A stretch of 35,619 nt of DNA, taken from a virus (Duplodnaviria > Caudoviricetes). Positions 34,552-35,619 of this stretch are shown one piece after another (within the stretch, counting starts at the first letter, position 1; each line of letters begins with the position of its first letter). The notes beneath the pieces are model-generated. The model worked only from the letters and a program-made list of their open reading frames with translations, did not search any database and had not been told where the DNA came from. The position numbers and the translations under genes were made by a program. The stretch lies in IMG/VR virus record IMGVR_UViG_3300025018_000329, positions 1-35,619 of that record, one strand, 5' to 3'.

Positions 34552-34995
34552 ATGAGCGTCACCCATGAGTCACCCGCAATCCACGACGATGACGATCGTG
34601 CATCCCGGCACGCGTATGTTCTGGCGATGCGCCGCGAGGGTCTGCCATTCCTCGAGATTGGCGCCCGGGCGGGGTACACGAACGAGCGGGCCCGGCAGAT
34701 ATGTGAGCGCGCGATGCGTTTGTGCCGCCGGCACCCGCTATTCCGTGAGGTCAAACAGGTGTGGCCGGAGGTGATGCGCTTTGACACGGCCGCGATCCGC
34801 CGTGGCAGAAAATGGCACCGCCACTGGAATTTGACGTTTCTCCAATTTGTGACGCTGGGCGCGGGTGATGTTACCGTCGAGTTCACCTATACGTCAGGCG
34901 CCGCCGACACGCGGACGGCGATTCACGCTGTGGTCGAGCGCGCCCAGGATGCCGAGGCGCAGTGCCGCAAGGGGGCCGAGAATGCGAACGCTTGA
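34552..34995 (+). CDS. Protein with sigma70 region-4-like HTH
   Basis: MRREGLPFLEIGARAGYTNERARQI matches the TLEEIG...VTRERVRQI-type motif. Start uncertain. Confidence 0.65.
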   Translation: MSVTHESPAIHDDDDRASRHAYVLAMRREGLPFLEIGARAGYTNERARQICERAMRLCRRHPLFREVKQVWPEVMRFDTAAIRRGRKWHRHWNLTFLQFVTLGAGDVTVEFTYTSGAADTRTAIHAVVERAQDAEAQCRKGAENANA

Positions 34996-35308
34996 ATCGC
35001 TCTTGATCCGGTATCTGACGCTCAGGCGCCAGACCTCCGACACAATCACCATCGACGTCCCGGCCGTCCGCGAGATGGCGGCGTGGTTCTACCACGAGGG
35101 CCAATCATGCCACCACGGCCCCCAATGCGGGGGCGAACGGTCGTTTAGGGATGCGTGGGCGGATTACTTCGCCGATGGGGACGACGACGAGGCCATTGCG
35201 AACGTGTCCCCCGTCGGGATGCAAAAGCGCCCGGCGCCCCTTGAGCCGCGCATGGCTTTCGGCGAGGGTTTGGCCGATGATGATGGGGGCAAAGATGTCG
35301 GGTTTTGA
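34982..35308 (+). CDS. Hypothetical protein
   Basis: ATG 34982 overlapping the previous gene; coding-like bias. Confidence 0.55.
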   Translation: MRTLESLLIRYLTLRRQTSDTITIDVPAVREMAAWFYHEGQSCHHGPQCGGERSFRDAWADYFADGDDDEAIANVSPVGMQKRPAPLEPRMAFGEGLADDDGGKDVGF

Positions 35309-35474
35309 GAAAAACTTGGCCGAGGTGCAGGAGCAATTGGCCGGCATGATCGCAGTCGACGATGGCGACACGTTTCGCCCCGACCCGCTCGAGCGATCCT
35401 ACTCAAGGAACGCCGTGGGCCGGGCCCTTGTCCGCGGGAAACGAGCCACCCGCACCATCCGATGGGACGACTGA
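35295..35474 (+). CDS. Hypothetical small protein
   Basis: ATG 35295 overlapping the previous gene; coding-like bias. Confidence 0.5.
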   Translation: MSGFEKNLAEVQEQLAGMIAVDDGDTFRPDPLERSYSRNAVGRALVRGKRATRTIRWDD

Positions 35475-35619
35475 CCCCGGAAACGGGAACGGTTGACCCT
35501 AGCCACCCCGACCCACGGCAAGTGTCTACCCGTAGTGGGTGAGACAGTTATCCGACCACCACCCGTAGTGGTAGGTAAAGAGGGGGGACACCCGCTTTTC
35601 GGATCTCGAAAACTTCTCC

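Noticed and set aside
1-35619. Terminal direct repeats, CRISPR array or diversity-generating retroelement
   Set aside because: The ends share no repeat, I saw no regularly spaced repeat-spacer array, and there is no reverse transcriptase or evident TR/VR pair.

Overview
The window looks like a complete or near-complete genome of a high-GC temperate podovirus-like phage in its excised form, since the attP appears intact. A spanin pair and several lipoproteins point to a Gram-negative host. Layout: (1) ~650 nt of non-coding, hairpin-rich DNA with a strong leftward sigma70-type promoter. (2) A rightward late operon (648-23925): GNAT, probable TerS, HNH, TerL, portal, scaffold, major capsid, adaptor/tail/nozzle, three ejection-type proteins, and a holin/spanin cassette with no endolysin. 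(3) A tightly coupled leftward operon (31689-23928): M23 peptidase, two adenine methyltransferases, SSB-like protein, replication initiator with internal iterons, RusA, RlpA-like hydrolase, lipoproteins. (4) attP made of the 3' half of tRNA-Ala(GGC), directly after a tyrosine integrase. (5) A rightward control operon with two paralogous ribbon-helix-helix proteins and a lipoprotein, with no recognisable CI/Cro. The most unusual points are a candidate 340-490 nt structured ncRNA, a second o-spanin paralog in the early operon, and an attP position that would cut the replication operon off from upstream transcription on integration. All calls come from motif recognition, gene order and manual inspection; no database searches were run.
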